In this document: positions 1-7,956 of the stretch, piece after piece
Position numbering within the stretch: the stretch's first letter is position 1
Layout: each line of letters begins with the position of its first letter
Assembly (NCBI GenBank): GCA_013824165.1
Contig: PNNH01000100.1
Coordinates: forward strand, 26,917 to 90,916
Length of the DNA stretch: 64,000 nucleotides
Reading direction: 5' to 3'
Source of the DNA: Methylibium sp.
Lineage (GTDB): Bacteria > Pseudomonadota > Gammaproteobacteria > Burkholderiales > Burkholderiaceae_C
Translations under genes and position numbers: made by a program
The notes under the pieces: model-generated
Database searches by the model: none
What the model saw: only the letters and a program-made list of their open reading frames with translations
What the model was told of the DNA's origin: nothing

Positions 1-1034
1 TCGATCTTCTCAAGCTGGCTGGCGGCGCCGAACTCGGGCGTCATCACATACATCGGCACGTCAACATGCGGCACGATGGCCGCATCACCCTGGCCGATGC
101 CCGAGGTCTCGACGATCACCAGATCAAAGCCGGCCACCTTGGCCGCTGCGATCACATCGGGCAGGGCCTTGCTGATCTCGCTGCCGAAGTCGCGCGTGGC
201 CAGGCTGCGCATGAACACGCGGCTGCCTTGGCCCCAGGGCGAGATCGCGTTCATGCGAATCCGGTCGCCCAGCAGCGCGCCACCGCTTTTGCGGCGCGAG
301 GGGTCGATGGAGATCAGCGCCACGCGCTTGCTATCGCCCTGGTCCAGGCGCAGGCGGCGGATCAGTTCGTCGGTCAGGCTGGATTTGCCGGCGCCGCCGG
401 TGCCGGTGATGCCCAGCACGGGGGTCTTCAGGCCGGCCGCCTGCTCGCGCAGGGCCTGGACCAGGGCCGGGTCGGCCTTTTCATTCTCCAGCGCCGTGAT
501 CAGCTGGGCCAGCGCGCGCCAGGCGGCTTCATCGTGGCCCTGGATGGCGGACAGCGCCTTTGGCGCATGGGTGGCGAAATCCTGGTCGCACTTCATCACC
601 ATCTCGCCGATCATGCCGGCCAGGCCCATGCGCTGGCCGTCCTCGGGGCTGAAGATGCGCACGCCGTGGGCGGCCAGATCGCGGATCTCTGCAGGCACGA
701 TCACGCCGCCGCCGCCGCCGAAGACCTGCACCTTGTCGCCGCCGCGCGCCTTCAGCAGGTCGACCATGTACTTGAAGTATTCGACGTGGCCGCCTTGGTA
801 GGAGCTGATGGCGATGCCCTGGGCGTCCTCCTGCAGCGCGGCGGTGACGACTTCGTCCACGGAGCGGTTGTGGCCCAGGTGGATCACCTCGGCGCCCATG
901 CTCTGCAGGATGCGCCGCATGATGTTGATGGCCGCGTCATGCCCGTCAAACAGGCTGGCGGCCGTCACGAAGCGGACTTTGTGGGTGGGGCGGTACTCGG
1001 CCAGGGCTTTGTACTCGGCGGACAGATCGCTCAT
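1..1034 (-). CDS. icmF: Fused isobutyryl-CoA mutase IcmF, N-terminal part (B12-binding domain plus MeaB-like G-protein domain). The 3' end lies beyond the window start.
   Basis: My own translation of the minus strand from ATG 1034-1032 (SD GGAGGAG at 1043-1049) gives [59 protein letters not shown]. An in-frame P-loop [19 protein letters not shown] follows around 365-419. The ORF is absent from the track because it has no stop in the window. Confidence 0.85.
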   Translation of the reverse strand, partial: MSDLSAEYKALAEYRPTHKVRFVTAASLFDGHDAAINIMRRILQSMGAEVIHLGHNRSVDEVVTAALQEDAQGIAISSYQGGHVEYFKYMVDLLKARGGDKVQVFGGGGGVIVPAEIRDLAAHGVRIFSPEDGQRMGLAGMIGEMVMKCDQDFATHAPKALSAIQGHDEAAWRALAQLITALENEKADPALVQALREQAAGLKTPVLGITGTGGAGKSSLTDELIRRLRLDQGDSKRVALISIDPSRRKSGGALLGDRIRMNAISPWGQGSRVFMRSLATRDFGSEISKALPDVIAAAKVAGFDLVIVETSGIGQGDAAIVPHVDVPMYVMTPEFGAASQLEKI

Positions 1035-1111
1035 CGTGTTGTCTCCTCCACGGCCTGGGCCGGGCTGCTCGTGGGCTGGCAGAAATGGGTGGATGGGATT
1101 CTAGGATGTGA

Positions 1112-1137
1112 TTGACGTTTACGTTAACGTTAATCAA
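1112..1137. promoter_or_regulatory. MerR/LiuR-type operator (three ACGT cores, overlapping palindromes) about 80-100 bp upstream of icmF
   Basis: The sequence is TTGACGTTTACGTTAACGTTAATCAA. Its reverse complement contains ACGTTAACGTAAACGTCA, which matches ACGTTAACGTTAACGTCA at 29990-30007 in the promoter of the MerR-family gene. A 15-nt core TTACGTTAACGTTAA is identical at 1119-1133 and 29988-30002. Confidence 0.6.
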
Positions 1138-1227
1138 ATTCGTGGCGGACTGTGCAACAGCGATCTGGCGCGGGCCTGACTGGCCGCCTGGCGAAAGCGG
1201 CGGCTCGGTCCGGTCCGGTCAGCCCCG

Positions 1228-1244
1228 CGGCACAACTATTGCAG
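1228..1244 (+). promoter_or_regulatory. Putative sigma54 (-24/-12) promoter of nasT
   Basis: cGGCAC-aacta-TTGCAg has its GG (1229-1230) and GC (1241-1242) elements 12 nt apart, as in TGGCAC-N5-TTGCA. It lies 30-60 nt upstream of the nasT start candidates. Confidence 0.55.
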
Positions 1245-1301
1245 CGCAGCAGCCATGGCTGTTCCGTCCGCTTCATGAATCCTGCTTCCGGCCCCTCCTG
1301 C

Positions 1302-1892
1302 ATGGCCCAGGGCCTGCGTGTGCTGTTGATCGACGACGGCGCTCACCGCGTCCAGCTGATCCGCGAGGAACTGACACGCCTGGGCTGCGATGTGGTCGGC
1401 GTGATCGAGCAGGCCACGCTGATCCACGACTGCGTGCTGAACTTGCAGCCGGATGTGGTGATCGTCGACAGCGAATCGCCGACGCGCGACACGGTGGAAA
1501 ACCTGGCCGCGCTCAACGAGCGCCTGCCGCGGCCGGTGGTGGTGTTCTCGGAAGACGCCAGCGACGACCCGATGCGGCAGGCCCTGAAAGCTGGCGTCAG
1601 TGCCTATGTGGTGGCCGGCCTGAGGCCCGAGCGCCTGGCGCCCGTGCTGCAGGTGGCGATCGCGCGCTTCGAGCAAGACCTGGCCCTGCGCCAGGAGCTC
1701 AGCCAGGCGCAGGCTCAGCTGAGCGCGCGCAAGAGCATCGAGCGCGCCAAGGGCATCCTGATGAGTGAGCAGGGCCTGGACGAGGATGCCGCCTACAAGC
1801 GCATGCGCCGCCTGGCGATGGACCGCGGCCTGCCGCTGGCCGAGGTAGCCGAGCGCATCATCGATGCCCACGCGCTCTTGCGCCCGACTTGA
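1302..1892 (+). CDS. nasT: ANTAR-domain response regulator NasT (REC + ANTAR), nitrate-assimilation antiterminator
   Basis: The REC domain reads RVLLIDDGAHRVQLIREEL...PDVVIVDSESP. The C-terminal ANTAR region reads RKSIERAKGILMSEQGLDEDAAYKRMRRLAMDRGLPLAEVAERII. Start is chosen at ATG 1302 (MAQGLRVLLIDD); ATG 1275 is an in-frame alternative. The track ORF start at 1152 is probably too far upstream. Confidence 0.85.
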   Translation: MAQGLRVLLIDDGAHRVQLIREELTRLGCDVVGVIEQATLIHDCVLNLQPDVVIVDSESPTRDTVENLAALNERLPRPVVVFSEDASDDPMRQALKAGVSAYVVAGLRPERLAPVLQVAIARFEQDLALRQELSQAQAQLSARKSIERAKGILMSEQGLDEDAAYKRMRRLAMDRGLPLAEVAERIIDAHALLRPT

Positions 1893-1978
1893 GGCCGAAC
1901 GCACCACGCTGGCACATGGCAGGTGGCATAGCGCCATCAAACAGTGCATGGTGAATGCACTGCGCCCGGCAAACTGGC

Positions 1979-1996
1979 CTGGCACGGCTCCTGCTA
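1979..1996 (+). promoter_or_regulatory. Putative sigma54 (-24/-12) promoter of the nrtA-nirBD-nasA operon
   Basis: cTGGCACG-gctc-CTGCTa has GG at 1981-1982 and GC at 1993-1994, 12 nt apart. The predicted start near 2005 would place the hairpin 2007-2030 and the terminator 2049-2120 in the leader. Confidence 0.55.
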
Positions 1997-2048
1997 TGTC
2001 TTGGCTGAGGCCTGCAACGGCGTAGGCCTCGCTCTCGACAAGGTTCTA

Positions 2049-2120
2049 GGACAAAGGCGTCCGATCAGCGCTGCCCCATGGGCGGTGCAGATCGCGACGC
2101 CTTTGTCCTTTTTGTTTTTC
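2049..2120 (+). terminator. Intrinsic terminator inside the nrtA leader (likely target of NasT antitermination)
   Basis: The left arm GGACAAAGGCGTCCGATC (2049-2066) pairs with GATCGcGACGCCTTTGTCC (2090-2108) with one bulge. TTTTTGTTTTT follows at 2109-2119. It lies 20 nt upstream of the nrtA SD/ATG. Confidence 0.8.
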
Positions 2121-2140
2121 TGACCCGGAGGAATCGATCC

Positions 2141-3397
2141 ATGTCTGCTGTCAACGCTGCGAAGAAGGAAGGTGGTCCCATGAGTGAAGAGCGTCGCAAG
2201 CTCTTGGTCGGTGGTGCGGCTGCGGCCGTGACAGGCCTGGCGCCTGGCGCCTGGGCCGCCGGCTCGGACAAGCCCGAGAAGGAAGAAGTGAAGATCGGCT
2301 TCATCCCGCTGACCGACTGCGCCAGCGTGGTGATGGCCTCGGTACTGGGCTTCGACAAGAAGTACGGCATCAAGATCATTCCCACCAAGGAAGCCTCCTG
2401 GGCCGGTGTGCGCGACAAGCTCGTCAACGGCGAGCTCGACATGGCTCATGTGCTGTACGGCCTGATTTACGGCGTGCACCAAGGTGTCAGCGGCCCCAAG
2501 AAGGACATGGCCGTGCTGATGAACCTGAACCACAACGGCCAGGCCATCACCTTGTCGAAGAAGCTGGCCGATAAGGGCGCGGTGGACGGTGCCTCGCTGG
2601 CCAAGCTGATGGCCACCGAGAAGCGCGAATACACCTTTGCGCAGACCTTCCCCACGGGCACGCATGCGATGTGGCTGTACTACTGGCTGGCCGCCTCGGG
2701 CGTCAATCCGCTCAAGGATGCCAAAGTCATCACCGTGCCGCCGCCGCAGATGGTGGCGAATATGCGCGTCGGCAATATGGACGGCTACTGCGTCGGCGAG
2801 CCCTGGAACCACCGCGCCATCATGGACGGCATCGGCATCACCGCCGCCACCACACAGGACATCTGGAAGGACCATCCGGAGAAGGTGCTGGGCACCACGG
2901 GTGACTTCGTGAAGAAGTATCCGAACACCGCGCGCGCCGTGATCATGGCCGTGCTGGAGGCCAGCCGCTGGATCGACGCGGGCCTGCAGAACAAGCTGAA
3001 GATGGCCGAGACCATTGCCGACAAGAGCTATGTGAACACCGGCGTCGACGCGATCAACCAGCGCATCCTGGGCCGCTACCAGAACGGCCTGGGCAAGACC
3101 TGGGATGACCCCAACCATATGAAATTCTTCAACGACGGGCTGGTGAACTTTCCTTTCCTGTCCGACGGCATGTGGTTCCTCACCCAGCACAAGCGCTGGG
3201 GCCTGATCAAGGAGCACCCGGACTACCTGGGTGTGGCCAAGCAGATCAACCAGATCGAGCTCTACAAGCAGGCCGCCAGCGCGCTCAAGGTCAATGTGCC
3301 CAAAGACCCGATGCGCAGCAGCAAGTTCATCGACGGCGTGGTCTGGGATGGCAAGGATCCCGCCAAGTACGCCGACTCCTTCAAGGTCCGGGCCTGA
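2141..3397 (+). CDS. nrtA: Nitrate/nitrite ABC transporter periplasmic substrate-binding protein (NrtA/NasF type) with Tat signal peptide
   Basis: ATG 2141 is preceded by GGAGGA. A twin-arginine signal reads EERRKLLVGGAAAAVTGLAPGAWA. The NrtA-like body includes IGFIPLTDCASVVMA and GYCVGEPWN. Confidence 0.9.
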   Translation: MSAVNAAKKEGGPMSEERRKLLVGGAAAAVTGLAPGAWAAGSDKPEKEEVKIGFIPLTDCASVVMASVLGFDKKYGIKIIPTKEASWAGVRDKLVNGELDMAHVLYGLIYGVHQGVSGPKKDMAVLMNLNHNGQAITLSKKLADKGAVDGASLAKLMATEKREYTFAQTFPTGTHAMWLYYWLAASGVNPLKDAKVITVPPPQMVANMRVGNMDGYCVGEPWNHRAIMDGIGITAATTQDIWKDHPEKVLGTTGDFVKKYPNTARAVIMAVLEASRWIDAGLQNKLKMAETIADKSYVNTGVDAINQRILGRYQNGLGKTWDDPNHMKFFNDGLVNFPFLSDGMWFLTQHKRWGLIKEHPDYLGVAKQINQIELYKQAASALKVNVPKDPMRSSKFIDGVVWDGKDPAKYADSFKVRA

Positions 3398-3418
3398 GTG
3401 CCGCAGCAGGAGCCCAGC

Positions 3419-4309
3419 ATGGTCAGTGCAGTCTTTCATTCCCCGCGCGAGGCGCTGGATGCGGCCACTGAGGCGGCCGCGACGATAACGGCAAAAGTGC
3501 CAGCCCCAAGGGCGAGCGCGCCGGCAGTGTCGCGCATCGATTGGCGCGCAGTCTGGATGCGCGTGCTGCCGCCGGTGCTGGGGCTGGCCCTGCTGGTGGC
3601 GGTGTGGGCCGTGCTGACGCAAAAAGGCGGCAGCTTTCCCACGCCGTCAGCCACCTTCGATGCCGCCGTCAAGCTGTTCTCCGATCCCTTCTACAGCAAG
3701 GGTCCGAACGACCAGGGCATAGGCTGGAACATCCTGTTCTCGCTGCAGCGCGTGGCGCTGGGCTTTGGTCTGGCCGCGGCGGTGGGCATTCCACTGGGCT
3801 TCATCATCGGCCGCTTCGAGTTCGCCAATCGCATGGTGTCGCCGCTGATCAGCCTTCTCAAGCCGGTCTCGCCGCTGGCCTGGCTGCCGATCGGACTGCT
3901 GGTCTTCAAGAGCGCCAACCCGGCCGCGATCTGGACCATCTTCATCTGCTCGATCTGGCCCATGGTGGTCAACACCGCGGTGGGCGTCCAGCGCGTGCCG
4001 CAGGACTACCTGAACGTGGCGCGCGTGCTCAAGCTCAGCGAGTGGAAGGTCATCACCAAGATCCTCTTCCCCGCGGTGCTGCCCTACATGCTGACCGGCG
4101 TGCGCCTGTCGGTGGGCACGGCCTGGCTGGTGATCGTGGCGGCCGAGATGCTGACCGGCGGCGTGGGCATCGGCTTCTGGGTCTGGGACGAGTGGAACAA
4201 CCTCAATGTGGCCCACATCATCATCGCGATCTTCGTGATCGGCATCGTGGGGCTGCTGCTGGAGTGGCTGCTGATAAGCATCGCCAAGCGCTTCTCTTTC
4301 GAGGACTGA
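3419..4309 (+). CDS. nrtB: Nitrate ABC transporter permease
   Basis: This is a multi-TM BPD-type permease (WLPIGLLVF, AAEMLTGGVGIGFWVWDEW). ATG 3419 has AGGAG 8 nt upstream. GTG 3398 is the longest alternative start. Confidence 0.88.
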   Translation: MVSAVFHSPREALDAATEAAATITAKVPAPRASAPAVSRIDWRAVWMRVLPPVLGLALLVAVWAVLTQKGGSFPTPSATFDAAVKLFSDPFYSKGPNDQGIGWNILFSLQRVALGFGLAAAVGIPLGFIIGRFEFANRMVSPLISLLKPVSPLAWLPIGLLVFKSANPAAIWTIFICSIWPMVVNTAVGVQRVPQDYLNVARVLKLSEWKVITKILFPAVLPYMLTGVRLSVGTAWLVIVAAEMLTGGVGIGFWVWDEWNNLNVAHIIIAIFVIGIVGLLLEWLLISIAKRFSFED

Positions 4310-4313
4310 GACC

Positions 4314-5114
4314 ATGAGCAAAGCATTCATCGCCGTGCAGGCCGCCGAGATGGTATTCAGCACCCGCAAAGGCAGCTTCCATGCGCTGCGCGACATCAAT
4401 CTGGATGTGCAGCGCGGCGAGTTCATCACGCTGATCGGCCACTCGGGCTGCGGCAAGAGCACGCTGCTGAACCTGATTGCCGGCCTGCTCCAGCCCACGA
4501 GCGGAGTGCTGCTGTGCGACAACCGCGAGATCAGCGAGCCCGGCCCGGAGCGCGCCGTGGTGTTCCAGAACCACTCGCTGCTGCCCTGGCTGAGCTGCGC
4601 CGAGAACATCTACCTTGGCGTCGAATCGGTGTTCGGCGGCCGCGAACTCAAGCGCCAGCTGCACGAGCGCACAGCCGCCGCGCTGGAGCTGGTGGGCATG
4701 GGGCATGCTGCCAACAAGCGACCGCATGAAATCTCCGGCGGCATGAAGCAGCGCATCGGCATCGCCCGCGCGCTGGCCATGGAACCGAAGGTGCTGCTGA
4801 TGGACGAACCCTTCGGGGCACTGGATGCGCTCACCCGCGCCAAGCTGCAGGACGAGCTGCTGAAAATCGTCGCACGTACGCAGAGTACCGTGGTGATGGT
4901 CACGCACGATGTGGACGAGGCGGTGCTGCTGTCCGACCGCATCGTGATGATGACCAATGGGCCTGCCGCCGCCATCGGCGAGATCCACGCAGTGGACCTG
5001 CCGCGACCGCGTGATCGCGTGGTGCTGGCCGAAGACCCGCGCTATATCGCCGCGCGCAAGGCAGTAATCGACTTCCTCTATACCCGCCATGCCCATGTGG
5101 AGGCCGCCGCATGA
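4314..5114 (+). CDS. Nitrate/nitrite ABC transporter ATP-binding protein (single ABC domain, NrtD/NasD type)
   Basis: Walker A is GHSGCGKSTLL, the signature is ISGGMKQRIGIARAL and Walker B is LLMDEPFGALD. Confidence 0.9.
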   Translation: MSKAFIAVQAAEMVFSTRKGSFHALRDINLDVQRGEFITLIGHSGCGKSTLLNLIAGLLQPTSGVLLCDNREISEPGPERAVVFQNHSLLPWLSCAENIYLGVESVFGGRELKRQLHERTAAALELVGMGHAANKRPHEISGGMKQRIGIARALAMEPKVLLMDEPFGALDALTRAKLQDELLKIVARTQSTVVMVTHDVDEAVLLSDRIVMMTNGPAAAIGEIHAVDLPRPRDRVVLAEDPRYIAARKAVIDFLYTRHAHVEAAA

Positions 5115-7558
5115 ATGCCCCGCTCAGGAGAATGAAGCTGGTGCTGGTGGGGAACGGCATGGCCGGCGTGCGCACGCTGGAAGAGCTGTTGAAGATTGCG
5201 CCGGAGCTTTACGACATCACGGTCTTCGGCGCCGAGCCGCATCCCAACTACAACCGCATCCTGCTCAGCCCGGTGCTGGCTGGCGAGCAGACCCTGGACG
5301 AGATCATCCTCAACCCGCTGGACTGGTATGTCGACCACGGCATCACGCTGCATCTCGGCAAGAAGGTCGCGACCATCGACCGGGTGCGCCGCTGCGTGAT
5401 CGCCGACGACGGCACGGAAGCGCCTTATGACCGCCTGCTGATCGCTACTGGCTCCGACCCCTTCATCCTGCCAGTACCGGGCAAGGACCTGCAAGGCGTG
5501 ATCGCCTACCGCGACATCGCCGACACGCAGGCCATGATCGATGCGGCGCAGAAGTACCAGCACGCCGTCGTCATCGGCGGCGGCCTGCTGGGCCTTGAAG
5601 CCGCCAACGGCCTGATGCTGCGCGGCATGCAGGTGACCGTGGTGCATATCGGCGACTGGCTGATGGAGCGCCAGCTCGACGACCAGGCCGGCGCGCTGCT
5701 TCGTCATTCGCTGGAGCAGCGCGGCCTGAAGTTCCGCCTTGGCGCCCACACGCAGGCGCTGATCCCCGACAAAGACGGCAGGGTGATGGCCGTGCAGTTC
5801 AAGGACGGCTCCGAGATCCCCGCCGACCTGGTGGTGATGGCCGCCGGCATCCGCCCCAACACCGCGCTGGCCGAGCGCGCGGGCCTGCACTGCCAGCGTG
5901 GCATCGTCGTCACCGACACGCTCCAGACCGTCACCGACCCGCGCATCTATGCGGTGGGCGAATGCGCGGCGCACCGCGGCATCGCCTACGGGCTGGTGGC
6001 GCCGCTGTTCGAGCAGGGCAAGGTCTGCGCTACGCACCTGGCCGAGTTCGGCATCGGCCGCTACCTGGGCAGCCAGACCAGCACCAAGCTCAAGGTCACC
6101 GGCATCGACCTCTTCTCGGCCGGCGATTTCATGGGCGGCGAGGGATGCGAAGAGATCGTGATGAGCGACCCCTTCGCCGGCGTCTACAAGAAACTGGTGA
6201 TCAAGAACGACCAGTTGGTCGGCGCCTGCCTGTACGGCGACACGGTGGATGGCAGCTGGTATTTCAAGCTGCTGCGCGAGGGCCGCAAGGTGGCCGACAT
6301 CCGCGACAAGCTGATGTTCGGCGAAAGCAATATCGGCGATGTCGGCCATCAGGGCCACAACAAGGCCGCGGCCATGGCGGACAGCGACGAGGTCTGCGGT
6401 TGCAACGGCGTCACCAAGGGCACCATCTGCAAGGCGATCAAGGACAAGGGCCTGTTCACGCTGGAGGAGGTGCGCAAGCACACCAAGGCCAGCGCCAGCT
6501 GCGGGTCCTGCACCGGCCTGGTCGAGCAGCTCTTGATGTTCACCGCCGGCGGCGACTACTCGGCCACGCCCAAGAAAAAGGCGATCTGCGGCTGCACCGA
6601 GCTGAGCCACCAGGACGTGCGTGAGGCCATCTTCGATCACCACCTCACGTCGCTGGATGCGCTCTACAAGGCCCTGGACTGGAAGAGCCCGAACGGCTGC
6701 GCGACCTGCCGCCCGGCGCTGAACTACTACCTGATTTCTTCCTGGCCCAAGGAGGCACAGGACGATCCGCAAAGCCGCGCGATCAACGAGCGCGCGCACG
6801 CCAACATCCAGAAGGACGGCACGTACAGCGTGATCCCGCGCATGTGGGGCGGCGAGACCACGGCTGACGAGCTGCGCCGCATCGCCAACGCGGTGGACAA
6901 GTACAAGATCCCCACCGTCAAGGTTACCGGCGGTCAGCGCATCGACCTGCTGGGCGTGAAGAAAGAGGACCTGCCGGCCGTGTGGAAGGACATCGGCATG
7001 CCCAGCGGGCATGCCTATGCCAAGGCTCTGCGGACCGTGAAGACCTGCGTGGGCAGCGAGTGGTGCCGCATGGGCACACAGGACAGCACGCAGATGGGCA
7101 AGGACCTGGAGCGCGCGATGTGGCGCATGTATGCGCCGCACAAGGTCAAGTTCGCCGTTTCCGGCTGCCCCCGCAACTGCGCCGAAGCAGGCATCAAGGA
7201 CGTGGGCATCATCGGCGTCGACTCGGGCTGGGAGATGTATATCGCCGGCAATGGCGGCATCAAGACCGAGGTGGCGCAGTTCCTCGTCAAGCTCAGGACG
7301 CCCGAGGAGGTGATGGAGTACACCGGCGCCTTCATGCAGCTCTACCGCAAGGAAGGCTGGTACCTGGAGCGCACGGTGCACTACGTCTCGCGCGTGGGCA
7401 TGGACTACGTCAAGAAGAAGATCCTCGACGACGCCGAGGGCCGCAGCGCACTGTGGGCCGAGCTGCAGTACGCGCTGGAGGGCGAGCCCGACCCCTGGTT
7501 CGAATTCGCCAAGGCCAAGGTCGATGTCCGTCAGTTCGAAGCCCTCCAGGGAGCTTGA
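5111..7558 (+). CDS. nirB: Assimilatory nitrite reductase [NAD(P)H] large subunit
   Basis: The protein is 815 aa. It has an FAD/NAD fold (KLVLVGNGMAGVR), BFD-like Cys motifs (CGCNGVTKG, CGSCTG) and a sirohaem/4Fe-4S region (TCVGSEWCR...SGCPRNC). The start overlaps the upstream stop (ATGA). ATG 5135 is an alternative start. Confidence 0.92.
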   Translation: MNAPLRRMKLVLVGNGMAGVRTLEELLKIAPELYDITVFGAEPHPNYNRILLSPVLAGEQTLDEIILNPLDWYVDHGITLHLGKKVATIDRVRRCVIADDGTEAPYDRLLIATGSDPFILPVPGKDLQGVIAYRDIADTQAMIDAAQKYQHAVVIGGGLLGLEAANGLMLRGMQVTVVHIGDWLMERQLDDQAGALLRHSLEQRGLKFRLGAHTQALIPDKDGRVMAVQFKDGSEIPADLVVMAAGIRPNTALAERAGLHCQRGIVVTDTLQTVTDPRIYAVGECAAHRGIAYGLVAPLFEQGKVCATHLAEFGIGRYLGSQTSTKLKVTGIDLFSAGDFMGGEGCEEIVMSDPFAGVYKKLVIKNDQLVGACLYGDTVDGSWYFKLLREGRKVADIRDKLMFGESNIGDVGHQGHNKAAAMADSDEVCGCNGVTKGTICKAIKDKGLFTLEEVRKHTKASASCGSCTGLVEQLLMFTAGGDYSATPKKKAICGCTELSHQDVREAIFDHHLTSLDALYKALDWKSPNGCATCRPALNYYLISSWPKEAQDDPQSRAINERAHANIQKDGTYSVIPRMWGGETTADELRRIANAVDKYKIPTVKVTGGQRIDLLGVKKEDLPAVWKDIGMPSGHAYAKALRTVKTCVGSEWCRMGTQDSTQMGKDLERAMWRMYAPHKVKFAVSGCPRNCAEAGIKDVGIIGVDSGWEMYIAGNGGIKTEVAQFLVKLRTPEEVMEYTGAFMQLYRKEGWYLERTVHYVSRVGMDYVKKKILDDAEGRSALWAELQYALEGEPDPWFEFAKAKVDVRQFEALQGA

Positions 7559-7559
7559 G

Positions 7560-7943
7560 ATGAGTGAGTGGAAGACGATTTGCGCGGTTGAGGACATTCC
7601 GCTACTTGGCGCGCGCCGCGTGCAGCGCGCCAAGGGGCCGCAGGTGGCGCTGTTCCGCACCACGGCCGACGAGGTGTTCGCGCTGCTGGACCGCTGCCCG
7701 CACAAGGCTGGCCCCTTGAGCCAAGGCATCGTGTTCGGCGCGGCTGTGGCCTGCCCGCTGCACAACTGGACCATCGAGCTGTCTACCGGCTGCGCGCGTG
7801 AGCCGGACGAGGGCAGCACGCCGCGCTTCTCGGTGCGCGTCGAGCAGGGTCAGGTCATGCTGAACTTGCAGGAGCTGGAGTCGATCGCGATCGACCTGGA
7901 GCCCGTCAAGGCCGGTCCCTGCAACCGGGCCAAGGCCTGCTGA
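7560..7943 (+). CDS. nirD: Nitrite reductase small subunit (Rieske-like)
   Basis: The protein starts MSEWKTICAVEDIP and contains CPHKAGPLSQG and CPLHNW. ATG 7560 lies 2 nt after the nirB stop. Confidence 0.9.
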   Translation: MSEWKTICAVEDIPLLGARRVQRAKGPQVALFRTTADEVFALLDRCPHKAGPLSQGIVFGAAVACPLHNWTIELSTGCAREPDEGSTPRFSVRVEQGQVMLNLQELESIAIDLEPVKAGPCNRAKAC

Positions 7944-7956
7944 CGAGAAGCCGCCC

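Noticed and set aside
66-1115. 349-aa and 241-aa plus-strand ORFs at the window start.
   Set aside because: The minus strand here encodes an unmistakable IcmF N-terminus (B12-binding domain plus MeaB P-loop). The plus-strand ORFs are its antisense shadow.
1922-1962. Two neat hairpins (GGTGGC-ATAGC-GCCATC and CAGTGCAT-GGTGA-ATGCACTG) considered as the ANTAR dual-hairpin RNA target.
   Set aside because: They lie upstream of the predicted sigma54 promoter (1979-1996), so they would not be transcribed as part of the nrtA leader. Their loops are 5 nt, not the hexaloops of the ANTAR consensus. The second is a DNA palindrome and might instead be a protein-binding site.
5078-7819. A 913-aa minus-strand ORF antisense to nirB/nirD. 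Similar long antisense ORFs lie at 1994-3622, 8917-10710, 30509-32059, 52304-53734, 37298-39100 and 55177-56253.
   Set aside because: The reasoning is the same. Each overlaps a confidently identified gene on the other strand, lacks an SD and has non-protein-like composition.
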